Shown: positions 49,539 to 61,338 of the stretch, piece by piece | Layout: each line of letters begins with the position of its first letter | Numbering within the stretch: position 1 is the stretch's first letter | NCBI RefSeq assembly: GCF_030144855.1 | Contig: NC_082722.1 | Location: forward strand, 21,142,001 to 21,206,000 | Origin: Hypanus sabinus | Taxonomy: Eukaryota | DNA length: 64,000 bases | Direction: 5' to 3' | Position numbers and translations under genes: made by a program | Notes under the pieces: generated by a model | What the model saw: the letters and a program-made list of their open reading frames with translations, nothing else | Databases searched by the model: none | What the model was told of the DNA's origin: nothing

Positions 49539-50000
49539 AATGAAGAAAGTTGTCTGACTGAGGGCAACAGCAAACAAAGAACCTGGAGAGGGGAGTTTGC
49601 GGAGGTGAAGAAATTACAGACAAATCTCAGAAGAGGGAAGCGGAAGCTTGAAGGGAACCTGAAGATGACCATCGACAGTTCAAATGAAGTGCAAAACCTG
49701 AAAGTTGATATGGAAGAAGTCATGAGGAAGAAAAGGCTGGAGAGAAGTGCAGTGAATACTGAACTGGAGGCTGGCCAATCTTGAACTGCTGCTTTTCAGG
49801 TCGGGATGGAAGAAGCTGTTGGAGTAACTGCATCCCAGATTGAGATGGCCGGGATGCATGAGTCAGAACTGCTGAGCCTGTGGCGAGAGTTCCAGGGGCC
49901 AGAGAGGAAGCTGATATCTCAATTGCAGAAGGCTGAATAGTCTGCAGGGGCAGTGCAGACCACGTGTTTCCGTTTGGAGAAGATCAAACAGCAGCTACCA
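49539..50000 (+). pseudogene. Captured myosin II heavy-chain rod (Myosin_tail_1) fragments, MYH16-like
   Basis: One frame: [124 protein letters not shown]. These correspond to the MYH rod segments KRKLEGDLK, LEEAGGATSxQIE and KKLAQRLQEAEE..CSSLEKTKHRL. Confidence 0.85.
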
Positions 50001-50436
50001 ATCGCAGAAATGATGAAGAATACAGATTCGATGGAAGATGTGCTGAATGTGTGGTACATGCTGCCTTTTGCTGACTTTCCCTCGATTGAGGAAGAGACCT
50101 TTGGCTCTTCTCCCACTGAGTCAGCTATAGTGGGAGGGTTAGCTATGTGCAGTGGGGGGCATGAGTGAGAGGTTGAGAGAGGAGTTGGTAGTGGGCCCGA
50201 GGTATCCCCAGTTGTGTCCGAGCGTGAAGGGTTTAGGTGAGGGGGTACGGAGGACTCAGATGGGTTAGTAAACTCCCAGATAGTTGGCCTATGTAGCGCC
50301 TGAGGAACAGGGCGTGAGGTTTACTGTGTGTGGAGGAGATGTCACTGTTTGTGCTTGGGTTAGGGTGTGTTGGCAGGAAAGGTGGCGAGTTATTTAATAG
50401 TCATGAGGACATGACTTTTATTTGGTGGGGAGAGAG

Positions 50437-51151
50437 TGCAAAGGGGATTTCTTCATTTTCTTTGTTACTGTGTATGTAATCAAAATGGCTTCTTTGTTTT
50501 TTTTTTAAAGCAGGAATGTTTCTTTGTTGCGAGAGAGTGCTGGAAGCTTGTTTGGGTTAAAATTTACTGATAACGAGAATTTTATTCCTTTGTAAACCAA
50601 TTGGGTTTAATGTTGTTCTTTCTTCTGAGTCTGTAAGCTATTGTGGGGGGGCTTTTGGGGAGATCGGCGCGAGGGGGTGAGAGAGAGTGGACGCGATGCT
50701 GTAAACTGGGCGAGGAACGGACCCCAAGCGGTGGTCCGAGGTCAGGAGGTACTCCGAGGAGAGGAGATGAAGCTAGATGTGCTTGGTTGACCACTTCGGG
50801 TGGTCCTGAGCTGCGAGTCGAGGAGTTCGGAGGGGATCGAATGGTGGCCAGAAGACGTCAGTAATTGAGCTCCAACGGTTGTGCACGAAGTGGTTTGGAC
50901 TTTGATAAGTTTGGCGCCTTTTCTTTATTTTTTTCTTCATATATACTGTATCGTTATTAATCACTTAGTTATAGTAACCTTTATAAATAATACTCACTTA
51001 ATCGCATATGGTGTGCCCTCTGTTTCTGGGCGAGGCGGGGACATCACACAGCATCCACACCAGCTGATTACCCAGTTTGGCGGGGCCGAAGGCTGCTCAC
51101 CCCCTAGACGAGAACGAGATGTGCGAGACTGAGGCGACCCAGGGGGTTACA
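50437..51151 (+). repeat. 3' LTR
   Basis: Follows the polypurine tract and ends GGGTTACA. Start position approximate. Confidence 0.88.
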
Positions 51152-51354
51152 CTAATCTTTCCACTTAAAACATGCTGCCTAACTCGGGCAGCATCCTGGT
51201 AAATCTCCCCTGCACCCTCTCTAAAGTTTCCACATCCTCCCTAAAATCAGGTAGCCAGACTGAACACAATAGTCCGACCAGTGTTTTACACAACTGCAAC
51301 ATGTGTCACTGCCTGCAACAATCAGGTCATCGCACTGAAAATTCCACTTACACT

Positions 51355-51907
51355 TGTTACGAATGTGCCATAACTCTGAGGGGCCGAAGGGTACAAAGTC
51401 GCCCCCTCCTTTTTGAGAATCGCAAGACCGCTATTAATTCAGGTCTGGGACCCAGGAAATGAGAGGGAGACACGCAGAATCCACAAGGTTTGGAATGTGT
51501 CCTGGCCTCAGCGAAACAAAACCATTGATAACGGCCATTGTCTCTTGGAGACGGAATTGTGTATTGAGTACTGTACTATTCATTGAAGCCCTCAGGGGAC
51601 GACCAGAGCGGGCTGGTTGAGGGATTGCATCATCCCCACCTGATTGACATCTGAGACCCCGTGAGGAAGGATAAAAGAGGGTCTGGGGAACAACCCCTTT
51701 AGACGCACCAGGAGAAACGCAAGAAATCCCGTGACAGCGTTTGATAGCCAAAGCCGGTGGGGCCCGTGTGCGTCCTCTCTTGCCTGGGTTGGCGGGCTCA
51801 CCACGGAAGAACGGCTTAGCAAAACGAGAGGCCACAAGTGAACGGCCACACTAACGAGACTCCGACGTGTCGAAATCATATAGGTCGGAAAACCCGAACG
51901 GTAACTG
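51355..51907 (+). mobile_element. LTR of a second family, running into the gap
   Basis: Starts TGTTACG, has a TATA-like gataaaag, and is GC/CpG-rich. The 3' end is hidden by Ns. Confidence 0.6.
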
Positions 51908-52164
51908 NNNNNNNNNNNNNNNNNNNNNNNNNNNNNNNNNNNNNNNNNNNNNNNNNNNNNNNNNNNNNNNNNNNNNNNNNNNNNNNNNNNNNNNNNNNNN
52001 NNNNNNNNNNNNNNNNNNNNNNNNNNNNNNNNNNNNNNNNNNNNNNNNNNNNNNNNNNNNNNNNNNNNNNNNNNNNNNNNNNNNNNNNNNNNNNNNNNNN
52101 NNNNNNNNNNNNNNNNNNNNNNNNNNNNNNNNNNNNNNNNNNNNNNNNNNNNNNNNNNNNNNNN
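51908..52164. other. Assembly gap (257 N)
   Basis: Direct reading. Confidence 1.
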
Positions 52165-53344
52165 GTTGGACACCTCCTTCTCTATCTTTGTAAAAGCTCA
52201 AACAGTGTCCAAAAGTCAGTCTTATTCTCCCGAAATTTTAAAGTGATTGTCCACAGAAAATATGAACCCTAGGGGTACATAACACTCCCATCATAGGAGA
52301 TATCCTCTCCATAGCCGCTACGTTAAGACCTTTCACTATTTGAGAGGTTTCAATAAAGTTACCCCTCACCCTTCTGAATTCTAGTTTATGCTGGTGCAGA
52401 GGCATCAAACGCTCTTCTTATGATGTGGGAGCAGATGAGTGTTCTCAACGAAGCATGTCATATACTGAAAAGTCCACGGAGAGAAGGCGTTTTTCCCTTT
52501 TGTAGCAGAGTCTAGAATCAAAGGTTACAGATGCACATTGAAGGGATATTCCTTCGAATAAGCAAGTATTTCTCCGTCTGAAGGTGTTGAATCTGTGGAA
52601 TTCGATACCAGAGACCGCCGTGGAGGCCACGGTACTGGGCGTATTAAGGCAGATATTGAATTTTATTCACTGGTAAGGCAAGTAAAGATTACAAGTAGAT
52701 GACGGGAGAATGGGATTGAAAAACCAGCCTGGATTCAATGGTGGAGCAACACTGATGATGTAAATTTTCTAATCCTGCCTTTGATCTCATGTTTTTATGG
52801 TCACTGCAGAACTTTGAATCGTTATTAAACTAATTAACCTTTCTTATGAAAAGTATTTGAAGAGGTTATAGTAAGGTGTGGAAATGTTGTCTAATCGATA
52901 GTTAACGACCATAGTTTTGTTTTTCATTTGTAGATTGCTCACACTGGAATGTAACCGTAATGTATTTCTTTTTTTTTCTTTTGTATTTGAGCATTGTTGT
53001 GGCTAAAAACTGTTAAACTAATCAAACTCAAAAGCATTCATATATAGCTACAAATGGAATCCATCGATTCATTTACTATTTATTTATTTTTTTTAATTTA
53101 TAATTGAATTATGCTGCACATTGTTTACTTGACAATATTTTGTGCAGTTGCCATTGTTTTTTTTCTGTATCTCTCTGTTCTACTGTGAATGCCGCCAAGG
53201 AAAAGAATCTCAAGGTTGTATATGGTGATATACACATACTTTGAAAATAAATTTACTTCCCACTTCGAACTTTCGAGCGTTAAACTTTTCAACCGGTCAT
53301 ATACCAGGAAGAGATATATACAGTAGCTTTGGTCTTGCAATGGG

Positions 53345-54478
53345 CTCTCTGTGATTGGCGAAAGTGATACAGAGCTGGAGAAGGGAAAGGATCATGGGAC
53401 GGGAGGCTTCAGGAGAAAGAAAGGAGTGGGGGAGCACCAGAGGGAGATGGAGAACAGGCAAACAAATAAATATGTCAGGGATGGGGAAAGAAGGGGAGGA
53501 TGGGCATTAACGGAAGTTAGAGAAGTCAATGTTCATGCCATCAGGTTGGAGGTTACCCAGCCGGTATATAAGGTGTTGTTCCTCCAAGCTGAGTTTGGAT
53601 TCATTTTGATAATAGAGTAGGCCATGGATAGACATATCAGAATGGGAATGGGACGTGGAATTAAAAGGTAAGTCGGCTGGTGTGGTATACTGCGTCCGGT
53701 GCTCCCGGTGTGGACTTTTATATATTTGTTAGACCCGACGCAGACTAGGAGACCGTTTCCCTGAACACCTACGCTCGGTCCGCCAGAAAAAGCAGGATTC
53801 CAGGTGAGGCGACACTTCACCTGTGAGTCGGCTGGTGTGGTATACCGCGTCCGGTGCTCCCGGTGTGGCCTTTTATATATTGTTGAGACCCGACGCAGAC
53901 TGGGAGACCGTTTCCCTGAACACCTGCGCTCGGTCGGCCAGAAAAAGCAGTATCTCCCAGAGGCCACACATTTTAATTCCATATCCCATTCCCATTCTGA
54001 TATGTCTATCCATGGCCTCCTCTACTGTCAAAATGAATCCAAACTCAGGTTGGAGGAACAACACCTTATAAACCGGCTGGGTAGCCTCCAACATGATGGC
54101 ATGAACATTGACTTCTCTAACTTCCGTTAATGCCCCTCCTCCCCTTCTTACCCCCATACCTGACATATTTAGTTGTTTTGTTTTCTCTCTTTCTGCCCAT
54201 CACTCTGCCTGTTCTCCATCTCCCTCTGGTGCTCTTTCCCTTCTCCAGCTCAGTATCACTTTCACCAATCACCTTTCCAGCTCTTAGCTTCATCCCATCC
54301 CCTCCGGTCTTCTCCTATCATTTCGCATTTCCCCCTCCCCCCACTACTTTCAAATCTCTTACTGTCTTTCCTTTCGGTTAGTCCTGACGAAGGGTCTCGG
54401 CCCGAAACATAGACAGCGCTTTTCCCTATAGATGATGTCTGGCCTGCTGTGTTCCACCAGCATTTTGTGTGTGTTGTA
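53345..54478. mobile_element. Penelope-like element: inverted partial copy, short tandem duplication and forward GIY-YIG/terminal repeat
   Basis: Plus ORF 53804-54130 CESAGVVYRVRCSRCGLLYIVETRRRLGDRFPEHLRSV..LEEQHLINRLGSLQHDGMNIDFSNFR. Minus-strand mirror at about 53345-53670; the 53672-53800 block is repeated at about 53828-53950. Confidence 0.92.
54379..54415 (+). ncRNA. Minimal type I hammerhead ribozyme motif
   Basis: tagtc-CTGACGA-A-GGG tctcgg CCC-GAAAC-ATA-GACAG. Stem I GTC/GAC, stem II GGG/CCC, conserved cores present. Confidence 0.62.
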
Positions 54479-54519
54479 GTTTGTGTTCTGTTATGTCATT
54501 TCATCCAGTCTCCATACTC

Positions 54520-55802
54520 TTTAGGAAATGTGCGAGGCAGAAGAAAGCAAATTATAGATCAGACTGTCTGACGTCAGTGGTGGGGAAGATATTGGACCCC
54601 GACTGTTAAGGATGTGGATTCGGTTTACTTGGAGACACATCATAAAATCGGCCGTAGTTAGCATGGTTTCCTCAAAGGAAAATCTTGCCAGATAAAACTA
54701 GGGGAATTATCTGAAGAAATAACAAGCAGGATAGACAAAAGAAAATTGATTGATGCTGTGTATTTGGACTTTCAGAAGGTGCCACACATCAGGCTGCAAT
54801 CTACGAGCCCATGAATTTACAAGAAATATACGAGTATTGACAAGGCAGTGGCTGATTGGTCGAAGGCAAAGAGTGGGAATAAAGAAACCCTTTTCTAGTT
54901 GGCTGTACGTGTGCCACAGAAGTTTGCGTTGGTGTGTCTGTCTTTTTTACATTATATGTCAATGATTTCGATGATGGAATTGATTGCTTAGTTGCAAGTT
55001 TTCCAGATGATATGAAGATAGGTGGAGAGCAGATACTTTTCAAGAAGTAGAGAAGCTACAGTAGGATTTTGACAGGTTTAGAAAATGGGCAAAGTACTAG
55101 TAGATGACATGCAGTGTCGGGAGGTTTATGGTTATTTGCAGGTTGAGTCTGTGATCAGGAAGGCAAATGTGATATTAGCATTCATTTCAAGAGGACAAGA
55201 ATAAAAAAGCAACAATGTAATGTTAAGACTTTATCAAGCACTGGTGAGGCCTCACTTTGAATATTGTGAGCAGTTTTGGACCCCTTATCTTGGAAAGCAT
55301 GTGCTGAAACTGGAGAGGGTTCAAATGAGGTTCACGAAATGGTAGCAGAATTGAATGGCTTATCATATGAGAACCTTTTGAAGGCTTTAAGCCTGTATTC
55401 ACTGAAATCCAGAGAATGAAGTGCAACTGAATTGAAACCTATCAGTTGGTGAAAGGCCTTGATAGTCTGGATGTGGAGAAGATCTTTCCCATGGTGGGAG
55501 TGTTTAAGACCAGAGGACACAGCCTCAGAAATGATGGGCATAGTTTTTGAACTGAGATGAGGAGGAATGCCTTTAGCTGGAGAATGGCGAATCAGGCATC
55601 TGTGTAGTTAACATCTTAATGTACAGGTATGTGTAAGGGAGCTGTTGACAGATTATTGATCGGTTAAGGCGTGAAGGGATGGGGGAAAGACAGGAAATTG
55701 GGGCTGAGCGGAAAATTCGATCGCTCATGATGAAATAGCTGAGCAGATTCAATGGGCGTAATGGCCTAATTCTGGTCATATTTTTTTAGGGTCGTAAGGT
55801 CT
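54520..55802 (+). mobile_element. CR1 LINE RT and 3' fragment
   Basis: HGFLKGKSC, YLDFQK, ALVRPHFEYCEQFWTPYL motifs; tail ggtcgtaaggtct. Confidence 0.85.
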
Positions 55803-56185
55803 AATAATAGTATTGATGTTAGAGAATTTGAACTTTCGGATTCAATTGCAATCAAATTGATTGCCTAAAGTTGTAACTCCTGACAGCTATCCGAAATCAC
55901 CATTTTACATCTCAACGCTAAAATCTACTTCATTACACCTGAACTTCGAATTCTGTCCAAATGCCTCCCTCTACATTCTTAGTTTTTTCTTCATTTAACG
56001 CTTTTAGAAACATGTTGGAGTATTTGCTATGCAATACGCTACACAGAAATTGATGTAGACCGTAAATAATTTAGGAGGAACCCGTGGGGGAAAATTGGAT
56101 TTCACATTTTGATTCGTGTTTGCACAGTTGTCCAGGTTCATTTCTCATGCAGTCGGGAGCTTCCTTTAAATGTTTCCAGTCTTAT

Positions 56186-56474
56186 CTTGTTAGATAATAC
56201 AGATGAGTCTGTCAGGAACGTTCCCGATTCGTGAGATATCGGGTGAAAACAACTTTGCCCTGACAGGCTGTGCATCTCCAATGTACTGGTAGCCTCATAA
56301 ACTGCTTCTGAAGTTCCGTTTATTGCGGCTTTTATCCTGGTTAGAATTTCCGTATTATTTCTTCTCTCAAGGTTTCTGATTTATTTGGGTAAAAGTCTGA
56401 AGACTTCCAACTGAGTTTCCGAGAATTCTGTGAAGTCTCTTTATCACCAATGACTTTCAGCGGAGTTGAAGGAG
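56186..56474 (-). pseudogene. C1 pseudo-exon paralogous to 473-766
   Basis: ttgtAG|CT; PSTPLKVIGDKETSQNSRKLSWKSSDFYPNK../..NNTEILTRIK..VYEATSTLE../..SHES. First Cys replaced by Trp, frameshifts present, donor CAAG|ATAAGA (vs CAAG|GTAAGA). Confidence 0.88.
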
Positions 56475-58337
56475 CTACAACAGAAAAAAAACGCCAGATT
56501 GAATATTCAGTTATTCTTTCAACGCATGTATTCTCCGTTGAACAGTGTTAGGCTGCCATTCCCAATTGCTATTATTGCTGTCGTTTCAAAACTACTGAGA
56601 TTGTTATTTAATACTTTGTTTCACGGGGCAAGTAAATATGACCCGGCCAAGCACAAGGAAAAACAGAGGCAAGGAAAAAAAATAGTGCTGGCGTTAGGCG
56701 AGGAATGCGGGACTATTTGGAATGGAAGTAGCAGAGTTTCCAAGGGTTAGAATTGACAGTAGCCCATTACATCTCCTTCAAACTGGCCATTTCTTCTGCC
56801 CTTTCAGAGGTTCATTTTGTGTTGACGCATAATGAGCGGCAGTGATTCCGCACAAATATGTTGGCCTCATTGCGATCGATACTGTGGAGCAGCACACAGA
56901 TCTCATATAGATTTCACTCGTACATCGCATAATTGACATCGGTGAAGTGGCTTTGTTTGTCTTTAAGCCACAGATGGTTTTAGATTGAAGGACAACATAT
57001 TCTTCTGTAAATTTATTGAAGTACTGCGTAAGCATTTTTCCCGTTCCCCAAAAGTTTTTTCAAGAGCTCGGCAGAGCAAATAATATTTATTAATTTGTTA
57101 TAAATATTGGTAGCTATGCATTTAAACTGCTATAAAATCGATATCGGTGAAATAAGGGCTGGTGTGCTTGTCTAAATAAAGGCTGAAGAACACGAGAATA
57201 TCGTTTAACCTCGATCATGCTTCGTGTTCAATTAGATGATGCGTGACTTGCGCTTCAAGAGAATTTTTCTACAGCTTTCTGTCTGTTAATAAGCTAGCCC
57301 TAATCAAAATATTCGTCTAAATTTTGAGTGGTTTGACTCACCCGCCTTTTAAAGCTTTTCACGGCATGGAAATGGTGTGATGAATTTATGTTGTCGGGTT
57401 GTTGGCGATGACGTTGGGGCTTTAGGAATAAAGGCATAACAAATATATGGTTGGGTTGGGAATTACAAAGGTCTCCAGAATTACATCGAACTTGGACCAA
57501 ACGATGAAATGAACTCGGTGTCCATTTTTTCTTCACAAAGTGCAAAGCGAATAGCAACATAATAAACCACCGTGGTGTAATGCCCTGGCTAAGAACATGT
57601 TTTATTGCATTCCTACTGCCATGCTGTTAGGTATTTTATTTCAGCAGCTTTTATTCAAAGCGCAGGGTATTCCGTTAATTAAGCTTCACAGAGCAGTATT
57701 GTTGTTTCTGCTAAGATAAGGCACCATTTGGTCTGGTTATGAGTGTTGCATCAGCCAATCAGATTGCTCGTATTAACATTCTGTCCAATGGGATGCCACG
57801 GACCATTATAGAAAGCTGGGTAGTATCGGATATCTGAGGGAAAGTGGATTGTTTTCCGGTTTTGCAGGGAGATGTTGGAAGTGGAAGGAGGTGAGGAGAT
57901 GAGCACAAGGGAAATCGTTCAAGAATCCCGTCTGAAGGGGAGTCCTTGTAATAAAAACCGATTTGTGCAAACGAATGAGTCCAAGAAGGAATTCCAAATA
58001 CTTCTGAGTTATCCAGTTCGTTCGTAACAGTCCTCAAGTGAAGTCTGAACTGTGGATGAGGACATGGGTTTAGCGCCGTGAGAACCGACTCTCCAGAAAT
58101 GAGTTCCAACGCAAATTTAGACAGGTTTCACTGTAATTGGCCTCTTCAATTTGTTGTTCTATTAATTGCTCGTTAGTGTTGAAATATCTTCAAATATACT
58201 GCCGCTTTAATTTTATGCCGATGTAAAGTCTTATTTCCTGGTGAGCAATAAATTTGGAAAGGGCAGTACTGATACAGCATTCTTTATAGTTTTCGTTCCC
58301 CAAGCGGAACATAGCAATTTTACATATACGTCATCTG

Positions 58338-59318
58338 CAGGGGCTTGCAAAGTTTTGGGCACCCCTGGTCAAATTTTCTGTTACTGAGAATAGTTCACAG
58401 AATAGTAGAAGATGGATTGATATCCAAAACACATGAAGTAAAAGATTAAACATTATTTTCAACATTTTAAGCAAAATTTGTGTATTAATTTTGTTTTGTA
58501 CAAATTTAGAGTGAAAATAAGGAAAGGAGCACCATGCAAAAGTTTGGGCAACCCAAGAGATTTGAGCTCTCAGATAACTTTTACCAAGGTCTGGCCTTAA
58601 TTAGCTTGTTAGGGCTATGGCTTGTTCACAGTCGTCGTTAGAAAAGGCCAGGTGATGCAAATTTCAAAGCTTTATAAATACCCTGATTCCTCAGATCTTG
58701 TCCCAAACATCAGCAGTCATGGGCTCCTCTAAGCAGCTGACTAGCACTCAGAGAATTAAAATAAATGATTACCAAAAAGCAGGAGAAGGCTATAAGAAGA
58801 TAGCAGAGCATTTTCAGGTAGCCGTTTCAACAGTTCATAATGTAACTAAGAAATGGCAGTTAACAAGGAACGGTGGAGCGCAGGGTGAGGTCTGGAAGAC
58901 CAAAAAAACTTTCTGAGAGAAGTGCTCGTAGGATTGCTAGAAAGGCAAAGTAAAACCCCTTTTTGACTGCAAAAGACCTTCAGGAAGACTGAGCAGATTT
59001 TGCAAGGAAGAATGGGCGAAAATCCCCCAAACAAGAATTTAGCTACAGAAAGCATTTGTAAGCTATGATATTGCCAAAGGGGGTGTTACTAAGTACTGAC
59101 CATGCAGGGTGCCCAAACGTTTGCTTCGGGACCTATTCTTCTTTTGTTATTTTGAAACTGTAAAAGTTGGAAATAAAAGAATTAATCTTGCTTAAAATAT
59201 TAAAGACTTGTCATCTTTAAATTTATTCTTTTTGGAAATCAGGTCATCTTTTACTCACTTAGCTACTCACAGAAACAATGATTTTGACCAGGGGTGCTCA
59301 TACTTTTGCATGCCACTG
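58338..59318 (+). mobile_element. Tc1/mariner transposon, IR/DR type, internally deleted
   Basis: TIRs caggggcttgcaaagttttgggcacccctggtcaaa / ttttgaccaggggtgctcatacttttgcatgccactg-TA; inner direct repeats at about 58531 and 59108; paired-like HTH MGSSKQLT..GEGYKKIAEHFQVAVSTVHNVTKKW..GRPKKLSERSAR. The DDE core is absent. Confidence 0.9.
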
Positions 59319-59324
59319 TATGGT

Positions 59325-61212
59325 GGCGGTGAGGAAGAAGAATGGGTAAGTATGAATGTGTGTTGATTGTCGAACACTGAATATCTGTGCTATTCCATGG
59401 ATCCAGGTTGCTCTCGTCTGCCTCACTGGAGCCAAATGATTCCATGTGTTAGATCAAAGAAGTGGGCATTATCAAATACCCATGAGTGCAGTGGATAAAG
59501 AAAAAATGGCATCAGGAGCACTGACTATGTTTCCAAACTGTCATCCGGATATGAATGCTGCTTGAGGAACTAGTGTACTTGCATGCTCTTATCGTGTTTG
59601 TATCAACACTGGAGGAGCATGAGACGTGAAGATTTAATGTGTCAGACCGCCTGAAAGCGGAATGATTTAAACTCTCACTGGGCAAGTACCTGTTCTTAAG
59701 ACGTCAGTTAACTATGTCATTCACAGTCTCCTGTGATAGAGCCGCTATAGATCCATCGAAGGTACAGGCGGTGACCACGTGGCAAAGGCTCAAGTATATG
59801 AGAGCCGTGAGTTTATTCCCTGAAGTCCGTGGGTACTACCGGATATTTGTGAAGGGCTACTCCAGAGTAATCCATCGGTTGAACTACTTGTTAGTTACAC
59901 CCCGCTGCCCCACACGCACACCCTTAGTGAAGAACGGGAGGGGAACAAAGGGAGAAGGCAAGGTTCATCTTTGCTCTTCAGGGCCTTTATAGGAAAGGTC
60001 GGATACAAAGTGTGAAGAGGCATTTCAACTTCTGAAAAAGTTATTCACTGGAGAACCCTTGGCTAACTTTGCAAACCCCTAGTTACTGTATTTATTGGAC
60101 ACAGAAACCAGGCGTGATGGATTAGGCAGCAGCCCATATCAAGATAAAGGTACAGGCACTTTTGCCTTGGAGAGCCGGTATCTGTCTCTATCTGAACGAA
60201 ACTATCCAGCACACATATTGGTGTTTCTGCCTTAGAAAGGTGAAGTGGTGGATAAATTAAGTGACTACCTGATGCCAAGTTCGAGGTAAGGAACGACAAG
60301 AATCCACTGACTTATATTCTCACTTCGGCGAAATTGGACGCCTCAGATCATCGTTGGTTGGCGGCGTTGTCTGCTTAGGAATTCTGCATTGCCTATTGGC
60401 CGGGAAGTCAGAGTACTCATGCGGGTGCGTTGTCACGAATTTCTCATGAGGTGCGACAAAAGTGGGAGCACGCCTCTGCCTCTGGTGTTAAAGCAATGTG
60501 CCAGTTTTCCACAGTTGGGAAATCAGAGCAAAGACGTGAGCCTGACAGAGCTGCTGTTTATTTGGGAGCTTCGAGCATTCCACATGCTTATTGCAACCAG
60601 ATGGCGCTGAATACGAAGCAACTGCCCGCCTTGTGTAGTTCGGAATTGGCAGCAACTCAGCAAGCCGACCCTTATATATTACCACCTAGTCATCTGTTGT
60701 TAGGAGAGATATGGACCCATTTGAGAAGACAAGATACCCTGCCATACCCCTACCCATGAGGAAATGGGACAAATTGGAGTTGACGAACAATGTTTTGTAT
60801 CGTGTTCCCTCTCCCCCAGATAGACCTCTGCGTTCCCAATTGCGTTTCCCTGAAGGAAGTATCCGAAGATTGTAATGAAGTCACTTCAGGTCATTTGGGA
60901 TTTGACAAGACCTACGGATTGGTCTAAGATCGGTTTTATTGGACAAGAGTGAAGCCTGAAATTGAGAAGTACTGTACGTCATGTATCCAATGTATTCGGA
61001 GGATGACACTGCCTACTAGAACTGTCTATCAGACGCTGCCACTATCCCATTCACAAAGAACAGAGCCACTTGAGAGTGTGTATGGAATTCCTCTCCATAG
61101 AGCCTGATTCCAGTAACACTGCCAATGTCTTGGTAATCACGGACTAATACACCAGATATGCTCAAACCTTCTCCACAAAGGATCACAAAGTATCCACAGT
61201 TGCCAAAGTGTT
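59325..61212 (+). mobile_element. Gypsy pol fragment (RT-RNaseH-integrase), no LTRs
   Basis: Remnants VRKKNG..CVDCRTLN, DPSKVQAVTTW, VRGYYRIFVKGYS, LDASDHRWLAAL, GHLGFDKTYGLV.DRFYW and VITD..TRYAQTFSTKD. Confidence 0.87.
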
Positions 61213-61338
61213 ACCCTAGGTTGTTACAAGCGTCAATGAGAGGGTAACACCAGAAATAACATTTCACAAAATTCCCGTAAGCGCCGTTAGTCAAATTGCA
61301 AAGAGAGGAAAATGTTCTGCTTCCAGGATCAAAGGCAC

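Larger units (their letters stand above)
46971..51151 (+). mobile_element. Non-autonomous Ty3/Gypsy LTR retrotransposon with PNMA-like gag, dead protease, partial RT and a captured myosin fragment
   Basis: Direct LTRs ending GGGTTACA (47641 and 51151), PBS, and PPT tggtggggagagag at about 50423. gag [25 protein letters not shown]; protease KAILGSGA (D to G); [31 protein letters not shown]. No RNaseH or integrase. Confidence 0.92.

Noticed and set aside
57759-58109. 116-aa minus-strand ORF with faint V-like words (ISGESVL, GILERF, TTQLSI)
   Set aside because: No correctly placed Cys pair or DxxxYxC motif and no convincing splice sites; could be chance or a decayed repeat.
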